The notes: generated by a model from the letters alone, not told the origin. Shown: positions 13,707-28,140, counted from the first letter of the stretch. The stretch is DNA of 64,000 nucleotides from Tubiluchus corallicola (GCA_030141605.1 JAQGDQ010000355.1:124001-188000), one strand, 5' to 3'. Program-made: numbers and translations.

Positions 13707-15534
13707 TTAAAGGACAAGAACAGGGGCACCTGACGTAGGTTTCAGAAAAATTGTCTTGAAAATTATACTGCTCTATAGTAATTTTATGCACATATCGCAT
13801 CCGCATTGAAGGCCTGTTCCGACCTCGCCATCACATGACGTCATACACACACGCCATCACATGACGTCATACATACACATAGATCAGAGGAACAAAAGGA
13901 ACTGTTAAATTATGTCCCAAAAAACTTTCCATGCAAATCGATATTACTTAGATTTTCGCTTACCTGCTTAAAAGACTTATGTAACGAGAAAAAATATTAA
14001 TTATTTAAAATGTTTTCACCAATTGGTAAAGTGTCACTGATTCACCCTCCAGGGTGCACCACTCACTAAACAAAGACATATTTTTAATCTTATTAGCAAG
14101 ATACAGTAAATTAAAATTTTACTTAGTTAGTGACGTGTGTGCTACGAATGCTCTGATTATTTTTTCAAACTTTACTTAATGTTATCAAAACTTGTGTAAG
14201 GTTCTTACACATAGTTAAACTAGATATTGCTGTTGTATAGTCTGTGGGAAGGGCTTCCTACCTATCACCCCTCCTTTCATAATATACTATAACCTATCCA
14301 TGCATAACATGATCTTGGAAAGTGCATGACACAGATATCCAGGAGAGTACAGTGTAACTGCTGAATCTGAAAGCAGCCAAAATGCTTTAACTTTATATTT
14401 GACTTTACTTTACGAAAATGGTTAGAATCCTAATCTTGGTTATAAGAGTCTCTGAAGCACTAAACTTGTGCACATCTACTATTTGACTGATCTAACATAA
14501 AGAGACTATCAGTGGTGATACCAAACTACTTCAGTTTTGATGTTGTGGATGGAGCTTTGTTCACACTGATGAGATGTTGGAACTCTCTACGATGTGTCTT
14601 ATTCTAAACTACATGGAAATGCGTGACTAGCCACCAGTGTCCAGACGTTGTGGATGGTGGACGTATCCTGAGTCAACCACAAAGACTTGTGAGCCATTCC
14701 TTAGTTCATATTTGGTTGATGCTGCAGCCGACGTCATCACCATTGATTGTCATGGCCATAGACTTGAAATCGTTGATGTGTTGCTGTGACAGAACTGGAC
14801 ATGGCGGACTCCTCTTCCATGTCCTTGTCCTCTCAGGGGAAGGGTTAACTGATAAGTAGATATTTTGTTTTCTTTTCACTTTGTCATTTTTATTATTATT
14901 AACTGACTTTACGCGAAACTGTTATTGATATTATAACCTGTTCTGATTTATCTAAACAGAGTAAAAAGTGAATAAAAATAGTAAACATAATCTTTTCCTC
15001 CATTTCATATAAGATTTTGTTGTTGGAATGTTTGGAATCTATGTATGTCATGGTCAACATGGAAAACCATAACGCCTAAGTAGACCCCCCGTAAAACGTA
15101 ACATCAAGCCTTAGACCCGCTGGTTTTTCAAGTGAGCCCTTCGACATTGCAACCTCACTAAAGATATATTAATTATACCTGTGTCGTTGAATTTTGGTTC
15201 ATATGCCTTGTTGCCCTCTGGAAAATTGTAGGACAACAACCGCCCACGTATGTTGCACAACCCTTTTATTGTGAATAAAAGATGACGCGACAGGGTAGTC
15301 AGATTTGTGGATGAGTTGGGAGGTAAAGAGTTGCACCCCCACCATAAAAATCTACTAGCTCCCAACAACTTGTTTCTGCGTCTCACGGTCATCGCGGGAG
15401 TTTAAATTTACCAGTTTTATACAGCGTTACTGCAAAAGCAAGCCCTGCGTGCAAAAAGGTAGTATGTAAGTGGTATAAAATTTCAAGACGAATTTTTCAA
15501 GCTTTATGTTAGGGGAAGGCTTTTCTGCTTTCAA
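13707..15534 (+). mobile_element. Family A MITE split by a ~1.17-kb insertion (14196-15366)
   Basis: Starts ttaaaggacaagaa, breaks at 14195, resumes at ~15374; AACTTGT is present at both junctions. Confidence 0.7.
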
Positions 15535-15754
15535 ATGGTATTAAAATGAAACGAAAACAATGTCAGAAGAGTTGCAAATTTCGTTTAAAAAAGCCATGTA
15601 ATCAAACATTAAATAATAAAATGTAAAAAACGGAAAATATTTTACCCCAGTTATTAACTGATAATACATGACCCGTATATGCTGACAACAGCATTTATAT
15701 AATTATGATGGCATTAGATGTATGTGAAAAAAATCACGTTTTGTTCAGTATTCT

Positions 15755-15978
15755 AGGGTTAGGGTTAGGGCTTAGGTTAGGGTTAGAGTGAGGGCTACAG
15801 TTAGGGTTAGGGTTAGGGTTAGGGTTGGTGTTGGATTAAGGTTAGGATTTTGTTAGGGTTAGGGCTATGTTACGGTTAGGGTTAGGGTTGGATTAGGGTT
15901 GGGGTTACGGTTAGAGTTAGGGTTGTGTTGGGGTTAATGTTACTGTTAGAGTAAAGGTTAGAGCTAGGGTTAGGGTTA
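15755..15978. repeat. Degenerate TTAGGG interstitial repeat
   Basis: gggttagggttaggg runs; a similar CCCTAA tract lies at 22215-22320. Confidence 0.85.
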
Positions 15979-16174
15979 TTTGTTTTATTTTTGTGACTTT
16001 TTTGTGACTTTTTATCCGTGGCTTTTTACCTATGGAACTTTTACATAGATTCGTTAGAGAACCGTACGCCTGATCCGAGGAAGTTTATCAAATTTAGAAA
16101 TAACAAACAATATGTTTTCGTATCAGCAAGTTCGTCGAGTACAGTATACAAGTACACTAAGCTTCTATACTTAC

Positions 16175-16295
16175 TTGCAGCTTGCGAAGAACCATTGAAA
16201 TGATGAACCATTAAGCCAACAAGTAAAATAACCACGAAGAACAACTTTCTCTTTAAGTGATCAAGATTGCGCACTTTTGTCAATGTCAGTTCCAT
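16175..16295 (-). CDS. Cadherin (PCDH15/Cad99C-like) gene, coding exon 1 (signal peptide)
   Basis: ATG in strong Kozak context (accATGG). MELTLTKVRNLDHLKRKLFFVVILLVGLMVHHFNGSSQAA has a basic stretch then a hydrophobic core. Donor caa|gtaagt, phase 1. Upstream acceptor ttcttag at 16317 implies a non-coding exon further upstream. Confidence 0.7.
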
Positions 16296-17159
16296 GGTTT
16301 TGATTACAGATTGTATCTAAGAACTGACTGCAATACATACATTGGAGAATTTGTCTTTTGCACAAGCGTATACAGTAAAACAGGTACAACGTATAAGCAA
16401 AATGGAGCAATGTTACAGAGACAATTTGACCGTCAATAATTTTTCTGTTCAGCTGTCTGTACTATCTGTCTCCTCGTCCACTCATAACTCATCGTTAAGC
16501 ACGATAATTCGGTCCAGGTGCTTGGATTATTATTTTGCAGCCGACAGAAACAGAATAGTTTAGTTAAAGTAGCCTAATTCTGCTTATTTCAGCTACATGA
16601 GTTAAGACTTTTTAAATCATTTTCTCGTAGACGATGTTAAAGTGATAATTGTATACGTTCATTCTAAAAGCGTTTGAAGAAAAGTAACGAGTAAATAGAA
16701 CGTGCACTAAGAAAACATTCTAGGAAGAACAAAACATTCGTTCTGCATGACGTCTTTGCAGAGTCGACCTCATAATTAGAAAGATAATACTAATTATTTA
16801 TTACAATTATAAATGGTGTACTACAAAAGTTTGTTAGGAAGATTATATATTGGAAAAAGTATATTATTAGAGTATTAGACAATATTAGGTATTGTAAGTA
16901 TGATATGGATTTCTCTTCCAAAACTTGAAGTCTTGTTTTTTAGTTCCTGAAATTTGTTTTTACTGAGTGGGGAATGAGGTAGCCTGAAAATCTAATTTAT
17001 GGGTTAGTTTATGGGAAAATCTAATCAATGAAGCTTACCAGCATCTCCCATGTAATTTTCTATTCAAAATTATCACTAGAATTGTAAGTTTCATCTTTAC
17101 TTAATGTGAGTTTAAGGCACACTAGTTACATTTGGTACGCGGTAAAAGCAGCGCAGGTT

Positions 17160-18005
17160 AAAATGGCATAAGAAAAATGGCACAGGAAAAATGGAACAAA
17201 TGGAGAAGCAGGTTAAAATGGCACAGGCAGAAATAGCACAGGAAAAATGGAACAAATGGAGAAGCCGGTTAAAATGGCACAGGCAGAAATAGCACAGGAA
17301 AATGGAACAAATGGAGAAGTAGGTAAAAATGGCACAGGCAGAAATAGCACAGGAAAAATGGAACAAATGGAGAAGTAGGTAAAAACGGCACAGGCAGAAA
17401 TAGCACAGGAAAAATGGAACAAATGGAGAAGTAGGTAAAAATGGCACAGGCAGAAATAGCACAGGAAAAATGGAACAAATGGAGAAGCAGGTTAAAATGG
17501 CACAGGCAGATATAGCACAGGAAAAATGCAACAAATGGACAAATGGAGAAGTACGTAAAAATGGCACAGGCAGAAATAGAACAGGAAAAATGGAACAAAT
17601 GGAGAAGAAGGTAAAAATGGCACAGGCAGAAATAGCACAGGAAAATGGAACAAATGGAGAAGTAGGTAAAAATGGCACAGGCAGAAATAGCACAGGAAAA
17701 ATGGAACAAATGGAGAAGTAGGTAAAAACGGCACAGGCAGAAATAGAACAGGAAAAATGGAACAAATGGACAAATGGAGAAGTAGGTAAAAATGGCACAG
17801 GCAGAAATAGCACAGGAAAAATGGAACAAATGGAGAAGTAGGTAAAAACGGCACAGGCCGAAATAGCACAGGAAAAATATCACAAATGGAAAAGTAGGTA
17901 AAAATGGCACAAATGGTAAGTAGGTAAAAATGGCACAAGCATAAATGGCACACGAAAAATTGCAAAAATGGAGAATTAGGTAAAAATGGCAAAGAAAAAA
18001 TGACA
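17160..18005. repeat. 55-56-bp minisatellite
   Basis: Unit gcacaggcagaaatagcacaggaaaaatggaacaaatggagaagtaggtaaaaatg. Confidence 0.92.
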
Positions 18006-20155
18006 CAAGCTTCTGTACTCTGTGCGCTTTGCATATTTCAATTTTTTGTCTTAACTAATGAATTACTTGTGTTTTTGAACTAACTATCTTACGTAACTAT
18101 ATTCTTAATAACCAGTTATTAAGAAACCATACTTTTGTATACCTAATAACATGATGTACATTGATAATTGTTTCTGGTGTCGCTTCTGTACTCTATGAAC
18201 TTTTTTATATTTCAATTTTAACAGTATTAACTAATGAATTAGTTTAGTTTTTGAACAAACTATTTATGTAACTATATTCTTGATAACCAGTTGTATACAT
18301 CTGTTCTCAACTAAAATGTATTTGTTGCACAGTGGTTGCTACGATGAAAGGACTTCACCAACGACAAAGCTCGTTACTACATACACACGTTTTGATGAAC
18401 AGGTATTTTAATAGGCTCTTGATGTCATCCAATTTTTATGGCAAGAGAACGTGAGCTTATAAGCAATTTAGAAAATGCAATTTTTCCTTCCTTAGATACA
18501 GTATTAAATAATAAATAATTTTCCATAGAGTAATTATTCTTAACATCCGTAGTAGTTGAATTAATGTCTTGTTTTCATTTAGCAACATAAATATTTTTAA
18601 TAATATTCAGCTGAACAGGTGAATGTGCATTGTACATATATATTCATAGGCACCAGACCAACCAACCTACAGGTAATTTTTTGACCTCCACTTTAAACTA
18701 GGAAGCCCATAACATTACCTGCGATTGGTTGAGCAGTGGTTTCCTGTGGAAAGACCGAACACGTGACATCGTCAGTTTGTCGCGGAATGCACTTCTCCTG
18801 TTTGTCTGCCGAGTGTCGTGGTATCGTAAGGTTTGAAGCATTGTCATCAGGTTTTGTTTTTTTTTTCTATTGTGTTGTTCTTCTCAGACGTCCCTTTTGA
18901 TTTCTAAGTTTTGGTTTTGTTGTTTCTTTTTTTAAAACCTCCGGAGTGTCCGTTATGCAGGGCTTACCCGTGTCACCGATGGCGGGCCGTAAGGGTATTT
19001 ACCGGGTCGAACCCCGGAACAATATAATAACTAACGGTGACTTCTCTTCCAGAAGTCGAATTCGAATTGAGTTTGAAAGATTTTGTATCAAGTTTTCGAA
19101 CCAATATTTGTCGCACATTTTCATTTTCGATTTTTAATTAGAAGTATTATACTGCCAAGAATTAAACATGTGCTGCCACCTACATTTAAAAATTTCATTG
19201 TATTATCTTGACTGTGGCTGTGGCCTTGGTCTGTGCTGTTCAGTTATCCTTTACTATTGGGCTTCCCATATATGGCAGTGAAAATTGCCAGTGAGTTTTG
19301 CTAGCCAATCAGGTAAGCTCAGCAGTTGCATGTGACTTAGGTAGCTCTACCAAGGTCAGCCTGAGCTTTTTTCTCCTGATTATTGCTAAAGTCTTTCACA
19401 TTTCAATGTGGTTTGCCATTCTCTTCTTGCTTTAACCACCAATGTGAACCAGCGATATAATTTAGTCTAAAAAGTATCATTTTCAAGCTCTCTACGAATT
19501 TAGCTATAAAGTTCCTACAAGTGGTTCCACTCAAACCAATACAACCAACTATAATCTTAAAAAGAATTTTACAAAGATTGTGCACATTACTCGATTCTGT
19601 TTTGCAGTAAAACCGTACTAATTCGTTTCAAAATTGTGCACAGAAATCGCAGCTAATTTGTGCTAATTGCATGACGTTTCAAACGTTTCAATGATGAACA
19701 ACCTATGTGATGAATTATTCGAATCTACAATTTCAGGTTCGAATCGAATTCGAAAGTTCGATTTTCACAGAACACTACGGTAGATTTCCCACGCACGTAA
19801 TCCAACGTGACAGTTAATATCTAGAATAGACTTCTAATTCGTTGTGGCTTCTCAAACTCGGAGCTCCAGGGTTCAGACAAGGCTTCCTCGCTGCGCCTCT
19901 GAGTTTCACTTCCTGTTCAGATGATATCAATCAATAATTTGCTGCTTGCACCTTGTACCAAGTAACAAGCGTTGCGGTAGACGACATGGTGGTGTGCTGT
20001 ATTGTGTTGCTAAACAGAAGCTGATGATTTCATCTAGATAACAAGGTAAGACCCGTCTATCTGTAATAATCTGGAGACTTTACACATATCTGCTGGTTGA
20101 CAATGAAAAAAAGAATGCCATTAGTGCAATTTACTTGGCTATGGAAACCTAATGA

Positions 20156-20190
<35 letters not shown>

Positions 20191-21546
20191 AATTCTTTAT
20201 TTGCACAATATATACATATGTATGTATTTATATACATGCAAGGCCTCTATTTACAGGTCCATAATTCTGCACTGTATCATGATATAAGAATATATATATA
20301 TATATATGCAACACGGACAATTATAATTATGTCCTTAATATATTTACCGCAAACTTGCTTATGAAAGCTTTTAGCAATTATTTACAATAATTAAGGTCCA
20401 TAATAACAAAATTCGATCACTGGGATTATTTAGATTACGCTATTAGGAAAGTATTGAAAATGACAAACTTTACGACATGCACGATTTACTTACAAATATA
20501 TAAGAACAAGGACTTTTGCTAAAATTTACGATAAAACCAAGACAGATTTTGCCTGAGCTAGACATATATGTATACAAATATACATACATATGTGTGTGTG
20601 TGAGTTAAAATTTATATCGTATTATATATTTAACCCTTTTACAAACTGATAAGACAAAACCGTCTCTCGCAAAATTAACCACATGGACATAATTCTCCAA
20701 AACACATAACTTATATAGACATTTTGTGCAACTAATCAAAGATGATTTTATAATGGAAAGTTATGGAAGGTGGAGAAGCTGATTTTTGAAGTTAGCTATT
20801 TTGTAAGTAGCACACAATACATTTAAGCAATTGTAATTTTTGTTAAATCATTTTATATATTTTAAAGATATTATTTTCCAAGATTCCCAAGATTTTATTT
20901 TTTGAAACAATTAAAGGTGATTTTATAACAACGTTTTGTTATAATATCACACGTTCTAATAAGAAATTTTCTTATAATAATATCTAACAGGAAAGTAGTT
21001 CTTCACTTGGAGTCGCATGTAAAAACAGTATGTTAAAGTGCGTGAAAAAGACAGGCAGTAGAAAACCAGTTTGAAACCAGGCATGTGCACAAATCTAAAC
21101 GCTGGCTAGAGCAATAATAATGATGACGACGACGACGATGATGACTAGGCAAATCCTGCCAAAAGAATTTTGCACATAAACTAACAACAACAACTCACAC
21201 CAAACTGCACCATATCACCTACACCACACCACACAACCACCCACCACCCAACTCACCACACCATAACAACACACTACCCACACAACACATCACACCAACC
21301 ACAATACACCAAGACCACCCTCACCCTAACCACACCACACATACCCTACCAGCCACACCATAGCACACCACTCACAAAACACAACACCCATCATGCTACA
21401 CCTACACCACACACACCCCCATCCCACCACACCATTCACAGCACACTCACCTCACCACACCACCCGCACCAAAACTACCACCCAAGCTAGACCACACCCA
21501 TCACACCACACCACACCACCAACACTACACCCACCATACCACACCC

Positions 21547-21619
<73 letters not shown>

Positions 21620-22880
21620 CGATGCCGATAGCGATGGCGATGGCAATGGCGATGGCGATGACGATGATGATAATAATAATCTATCTACAGTGGTTTCACA
21701 GTAATTGTTAATAGAAGACGGAAGTTAAGTGCCCGGATAGTACCAGTGTAACCGGAAATCATTCAGTCTGGGAGTTGTGAACGTTTTGAAAATCAATCCT
21801 AAGTCTCTCGACAAACACAAGTATTTTTGTTTAGATGTAAGCAGTGACTGAGTTATAGATGGAATGAAAGTTGAAGTTGAATAATCTTGCAAGACTATGA
21901 TAGCCAAATATTTGCAAGTCTATCATGTCCTACTGTTTTTTAACTCGAGATATGCCATACTGGCGTACTTCTCGACGGCTTTATGTTTTTATATTTTTTT
22001 CTTCGTGTAACCCAACAATTCATGTTGAAACTTTCAGTCCAAACCTTGGTTTCAAAATATTTTACTCTCAAAATGTTGAAACAAAAGCTTTTGTATCGGC
22101 ATACGACAGATTTTTGCTAAAATGTTAAAACAAAGGCGGCCCCATGTGCATCTTTCATACAATAGTGATAAAAGGGCTGGGGATGGAGTTTACAATTCCC
22201 CACACAAGTTAAATACCCTAAACGTAACACTAACCTTAACCCTAAGCCACCCCAAAACCTAACCCCAACCCTAGCCATAATTCCAAACCTAACCCTAATC
22301 CTAACGCTAGTCCTAATCTTTTTCACAAACTAATTTCTTGAGGGTGGGGAATTGTAAGCTTTAGCCAAATAATTTACCACAACAATAATTTACCTTCACT
22401 GAACAAGAGATAACAGAGTTGTCCTCAAATTGACCCGAACCCCCGATGGCCCTTTGTTTCTGAATTAGCTGACTAATTTGTCTCATTAAGTTTCCGCTAT
22501 ATTTCTGCTGCAGGTTCGTAATTTCAAGCGTGTGACAGCCATACTACAACCTCTTTTCGTTGACTCAAGTACGTGCGAAAATTAGATTAGGTTTACAAAC
22601 GTTTTAGTCGCGTAAATTTCATTAACCTCAGTTATAAACTAATACTTGCAATAGTAATTGAATCCAATGTCAATTTGATACTAAAACATCTAAATACTAA
22701 AATACTAAAACAAAGAATCGAACCTAGTTAGTTCGTCGTGAGGCTAGATTTATCAACGAACTTACGAACGATTCTGTCCGTGAGATGGTTTTTACAAAGT
22801 ATCGCAGAGGTGAATGAGATTATTGACCCTAAAAAGTTTTGTAGAATTTTCGTGAAGTTTTATTAGGACGCCACTCGACA

Positions 22881-24059
22881 TACGGGTGGTTCTGAAAAAA
22901 CATCACATGTACATCTTCAATGAAACAAAAACAAAAGGAAAAATCACAAGTCAAAAAAGCATAAAAATTCATGCACAAAATGAATATACACATATACATA
23001 TATTGTGCACACAATATACATACACTTTGTACACAAAAAAATATTTGTAAGTTTAATGTTTTGTTTTTGCTGAACTCTTTAACAAAAAAATACATTTTTT
23101 CAAAATTTACTGTTTCAAATGAAACAGAACCTCGGGTTTTGATGCTTCTTTATGTACGACACTCCGAAACAGGCATCAGTTAAATCTTCTACATTTTAGC
23201 AATATGGGAAAACTTATCCCGACGAGTGTGTCGTTGAAGAAAAATCAAAGGTGTTCTTGAAAGTGAAAGAATTTTGTTTCAAAGATGGGATGAATTCCCA
23301 CAGAATGACATTAATTCAGCAATTGGCCAATTCAGAACCTTAAGCTTCGCAAAGTGATCGAATTGGAGAGAAAGAACAAACATGTTTTTCTATGTTATGT
23401 ACATAAACAATTATCAAATACCCAGTTTCTTTTTCTTTTTAAATAGTAACTTTTGAAAAAATCCTTTTCTTTGATAGGGAAACACAATTTTGAACATCAA
23501 ATTATTAGAAAGTTTTAGAAAACTGAAGCTTAAACTTATAACTGTTTTTTTTCTTTGTATAACTTTATGTGTATAATTTCGTCTATGTATACATGTACCT
23601 AGTATTTATATATATATATATTTATATATATTTATTTATATATATTTATTTATATAATTAGACTTGTGTGATTTAAAAAAGTATATTTCTTAATTTATTG
23701 CTACTTCACTTATATAAATTAATAGTTTAAAATATGTTTTCTAATTTTTAACTGCACAGAGGAATTTAGGGACTAGTTCGTTTCTAAAATTCATTAAAAA
23801 CCCTTGCTGTGCATAGTAAGCTGGTAATACTACACCCATTGGGTAATAGGTTCAGGCGGTTAATTGGGTCAAAACACTTCGGTCCCAAAGTGAGTCTATT
23901 AAGCGGCGCCTACTTTATATATAAAGTATAATTATACATATATATATATTAATTGGTTGTTATTCTGTTAAATTTTTATGCTTCTCTCGTGAAAACTAAA
24001 TTCTTTAATTTTTGACTTGTTATAGAATGTGCAGGTATTTTTTTCTGGACGACCCTGTA
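22881..24059 (+). mobile_element. Degenerate Tc1/mariner-family element
   Basis: Ends tacgggtggttctgaaaaaa / ttttttctggacgaccctgta (TA-flanked inverted repeats). 23190-23380 reads AIWENLSRRV...WDEFPQNDINSAIGQFR..LRKVIE, a frameshifted Tc1/mariner transposase C-terminus. Confidence 0.6.
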
Positions 24060-25732
24060 CACCACTCCAACATTCTTTCAAGGTTTTTTATCAAGGTTTG
24101 GAAAGTTTTTACCTAAGGTCGAGCCCTTGGCTGAATCGTGTAGCGACAGAAAAAGTGTAACTACTACGATACTTCAGTTTCTTTTGCCGTTGCCAGGAGA
24201 ACTTAGCTTTTAAAGGAAAGGACAAGTCATTTATTACTTAAACTCGGAAAAATATAACAAAGAATTTGCAGAGAACTGCCTATATAGCATAAATTTAGAA
24301 TATACTACCTCTGTACCCTGTATTTAAAATATACTACTACTTTTGAGAGGCGTGGTTGTTGCCGCCATTCACGTGAAAGTTATGACATAACTGGTGGATT
24401 CTTGACATTTGGTGAACGCATCGTGGATTTTTGTAAGTGCACGACGATTAAAATAGTTTAAGTCTTTGCATCTAACCTAATACTCACACAGAAGCATCGC
24501 AACATTAGTGAAATCGACGAATGACATCGTTGGTGGAAAAATGGCTTCTAAATGGGAACACCAAAGCGTCCAGTGGTCGCGAATACAAAGTGATTTTACT
24601 GATTAAACGAGGCGCTTATGGCAATTTTGTTTTACTAAATCTTTCCAATACTTTTCGCGAATATTAAAATAAGCCTAACTTCCCAAAAAGCTTGATTTTG
24701 ATTCTGTTTTCGTCGTTTTTTGCAGGTTTATATGGTGAAGAATTGTTAATAATCTACATGAGTCAGCCGTAACAATGATCCCTGTACTGAAGACGTATTT
24801 GCGCTGTTGCATATACAGCAAGACCAATGGTAATGTATCATACTTAAAGCTCTCATGTACATCTACGAACGCCCAGCCATGTTCCAGGGTACCATAGATC
24901 TTAACGAAACATGAATACAGATGGGCGATATTAACAATTAAGACTCGAGATTTTGTACTGTTCTTCTTGTCCTGAAGTTTGAGAATCACGTTTTCCGTTT
25001 AGTCAGCAAGTAATTTGAGATGAAGTTACTTAGTCTGCGGATCCAGTTGCCCAATGCGAGCATCAGGTTAGTTAGTTTGAAGATCAAGTTATCCAATTTG
25101 AGCATCAAGCGTTAATTTTGAATATAAACCAATCATACGAAACATACTAATTTATTCGATTAATAAATAATTTTTAATAAATTTTTAACACCTGTTTTAA
25201 GTAATTAGCAATATGCTTGTACATTTTTGATGAGTTGGTGGTCTTTCTTCTTAAAAACTTGTCTTAAAAACTTGCCTTAACGGTTAATTTTCCAATGCTT
25301 GATTAAAGTAATTAAAATTATGACATCACATTGATCATCGGTTTTGACCAACAACAAACATAGTTGCCGTCACTGGGATGTCAGTCAGCTTGTCTGAAAG
25401 AATGGACCTTTTTATAAGGAGCAGTAAAAACCAAAAAATGAAGTAGTTTTCCGAGGAATTTCGGGGTAAAGAGTGGCTAAGATCAGTTCCAGGACCATCA
25501 GAGCGACTCACAGTAACCAGCACCTGCGCCCGATTAGAAAATGATTCGATTCGCCACTTTTATTTTACTGATTAAGCTTATAAGTTATGAGTGAAGCCAG
25601 ACGTTTCTATGGTAACCAATCTCTAGACAAAATGAGGTAGCACAGCAGTTTCTTGATTAGGCAATTTGTGTCTGAGCAGTAATTTTAGGAAAGTTGTTTT
25701 GGCGTCAGTGTACCGGAAACTGAAGTGTCTAT

Positions 25733-26005
25733 CCCATTTTGTCTGGTAGGAAGTAAATTCTACCTCGGTGTCAAATATTGTCCTTTAATCCCAATTCGTC
25801 TGGTAGGAAGTAAATTCTACCCTGGTGTCAAATAGTGTCTTTTAACCCCATTTCGTCTGGTAGGAAGTAAATTCTACCGCGGTGTCAAATAGTGTCCTTT
25901 AATCCCATTTCGACTGGTAGGAAGTAAATTCTATCCCGGTGTCAAATAGTGTCCTTTAATCCCATTTCGTCTGGTAGGAAGTAAATTCTACCCCAATGTC
26001 TTATA
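25733..26005. repeat. 57-bp tandem repeat, ~4.7 copies, each with a small hairpin
   Basis: cgtctggtaggaagtaaattctacc..ggtgtcaaatagtgtcctttaatcccattt; GGTAGGA/TTCTACC stem. Confidence 0.9.
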
Positions 26006-26429
26006 GTGTTCCTCAAGCCGAACCATCAATCCAAACCTTTGACCTACAGCGCATGCGCACAGTGAAGTTGTGAAAAAGCTTATTCAGACAGTACAATGCA
26101 GTATAATACAACACAGTATACTGAGACAATAAGCCTAAATGATTTGTTCAGCTTCACAATATAATGACATTTTATATAAAACCTATATATTTAAAAACCA
26201 ATAAGATCTTTACTAAATAAATTTTATTTGTTAATCACCGTGTTCGTTTTATGTAGATCGCGCGCCACCTATTTTAAGTTCCCTTACATGATTTGTGGAC
26301 GAAATTTGTGTGTGAAATTCTCTCTGTAAACGTTTCTTGCCTATGTTAAGTTTGCGTGAAACTGAATTTGTGCTCTCTTACTGCTGTTCGTATGAGTCAT
26401 GGCATCTTATCCCGGATGTTGAATGAAAG

Positions 26430-26670
26430 TCTGTATAAAAGTCAGATCACGTGGTTTTTTTACACGCCCGTACATCAACCTGAAGTCGGCAATGAATGCA
26501 GTGTAGAATTTCACTTACACGAGAGTTTGAGTGCCCTAAATCTCGTTTTTGCGTCCAGGGAGCGCAGATTCGTAGTAATAATAAACACCGTAGACTCAGT
26601 GTCGAGCTGAGATTGCTGTGTTTCTTGAATTCTGATGACTTTACGTGCCTGGTATTATAATTTTGTGAGT
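26430..26670 (+). promoter_or_regulatory. Candidate promoter / non-coding first exon of the ebony-like gene
   Basis: TATAAAA at 26434, CACGTG E-box at 26448, donor-like gtgagt at 26665. The coding exon has an acceptor upstream of its ATG, so an upstream exon is required. Confidence 0.3.
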
Positions 26671-27094
26671 TTTGCGCTTAAAGTGAATTTAATTACAGCT
26701 TTGGAACAATTGTTAATTTTACTAAGTTGGTATTATAACCACAATGTATGAGTAACGTGCTACGTGTGTACAAAGTGATAATAAAATTGTATGTGAGTTT
26801 TAAGCTAAATTTGAAACTTTGTGAGTTTTAAGCTAAAAGTGAATTTAATTACAGCTTTGGAACAATTGTTAATTTTACTAAGTTGGTATTATAACCACAA
26901 TGTATGAGTAACGTGCTACATGTGTACGAAGTAATAGTGAAATTGTTTTAATTGGGGAGCAACAAGTACGAGTTTTAATTTATAATGATATCAAATGATG
27001 TAAATCAGAATCTGTATACGGATTCTGTGTACAAGTGAAATCAGTTTGAAGTACAAATTTTGAAACGGACTAGCAGCAATTCATTTTCTGTCAG

Positions 27095-27416
27095 CCTGGT
27101 ATTATTTATAGATCTCAGTGCAGCAGTTGCAATGCTGCTTACCATGGCAAAACATCCAGACACTTTCAATTAAGAACATTTGGATATTTCGTCCAGAACT
27201 GGCAAGAAATTAAAAAATTCTCCTCAATCCAACATTAATTACCATATTTGTGTCTCTGGCCACAAAGCTGATTTTAATAATTTCAGCATTGTGACCAGAG
27301 TTACAAATAACTGGGACTTTTTAATAAAAGAAAGATTACCTATGTACCCTAATAAGCCTTCTCTTAATGTACAAAGTAGTACAATTCCCTCTATTCTCAA
27401 ACACTTAACTATTTGA
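27095..27416 (+). mobile_element. Penelope-like retroelement relic (GIY-YIG endonuclease C-terminus)
   Basis: Reads PGIIYRSQCSSCNAAYHGKTSRHFQLR / EHLDISSRTGKK...HICVSGHKADFNNFSIV...LIKE...KPSLN across a frameshift: the GIY...Y.GKT.R..EH...KE...P.LN signature. Confidence 0.8.
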
Positions 27417-27769
27417 TACTGTATCAATTTCGTTTCTACTGGTATGCTTATTCATTACCTGTTAAATACATAATTAACGCATGATGTTCTATACTGTAGG
27501 CTTTACCGATATAAACTGGTTATTTTATTTACGTCTACTGTTAGATTTTATTTAAAAAAACACCCACAGAACTTTCAGAATGTTTCAATATTGTTGCCCA
27601 TCTTCGACTGTCTTCAAAATTGTCGGTAAAATACACAATGCGATGCAAAAATAGTTTTAATAAACAGAAATTTGCTCAAAAATATTGTAGTGATGTGATA
27701 GAAATATTTAAAGATGATATTAGTTTGTTGTGAGAGCTTTTGTAGATTTGTTTATTCGTTTCTGTTTAA

Positions 27770-28140
27770 ATCAGTGGCGTATCTAATGGGGGATCAGTGG
27801 CGTAGGTAATGGGGGATCAGTGGCGTATCTAATGGGGGATCAGTGGCGTATCTAATGGGGGATCAGTGGCGTATCTAATGGGGAATCAGTGGCGTATCTA
27901 ATGGGGGTTCAGTGGCGTATCTAATGGGGCTGATGGCGTAGGTAATGGAAGATCAGTAGCATATCTAATGGGGGATCAGTGGCGTAGGTAATGGGGGATC
28001 AGTGGCGTATCTAATGGGGAATCAGTGGCGTATCTAATGGGTGATCAGTGGCATATCTAATGGGGGATCAGTGGCGTATCTAATGGGGGATCAGTGGCGT
28101 ATCTAATGGGGGATCAGTGTTGTAGGTAATGGGGGAGCAA
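27770..28140. repeat. 23-bp minisatellite derived from a CAGTGGCGTA MITE terminus
   Basis: Unit atcagtggcgtatctaatggggg, ~16 copies. Confidence 0.92.

Noticed and set aside
24675-24989. 104-aa minus-strand ORF
   Set aside because: Non-ATG start, no recognisable motif, no convincing minus-strand splice sites.
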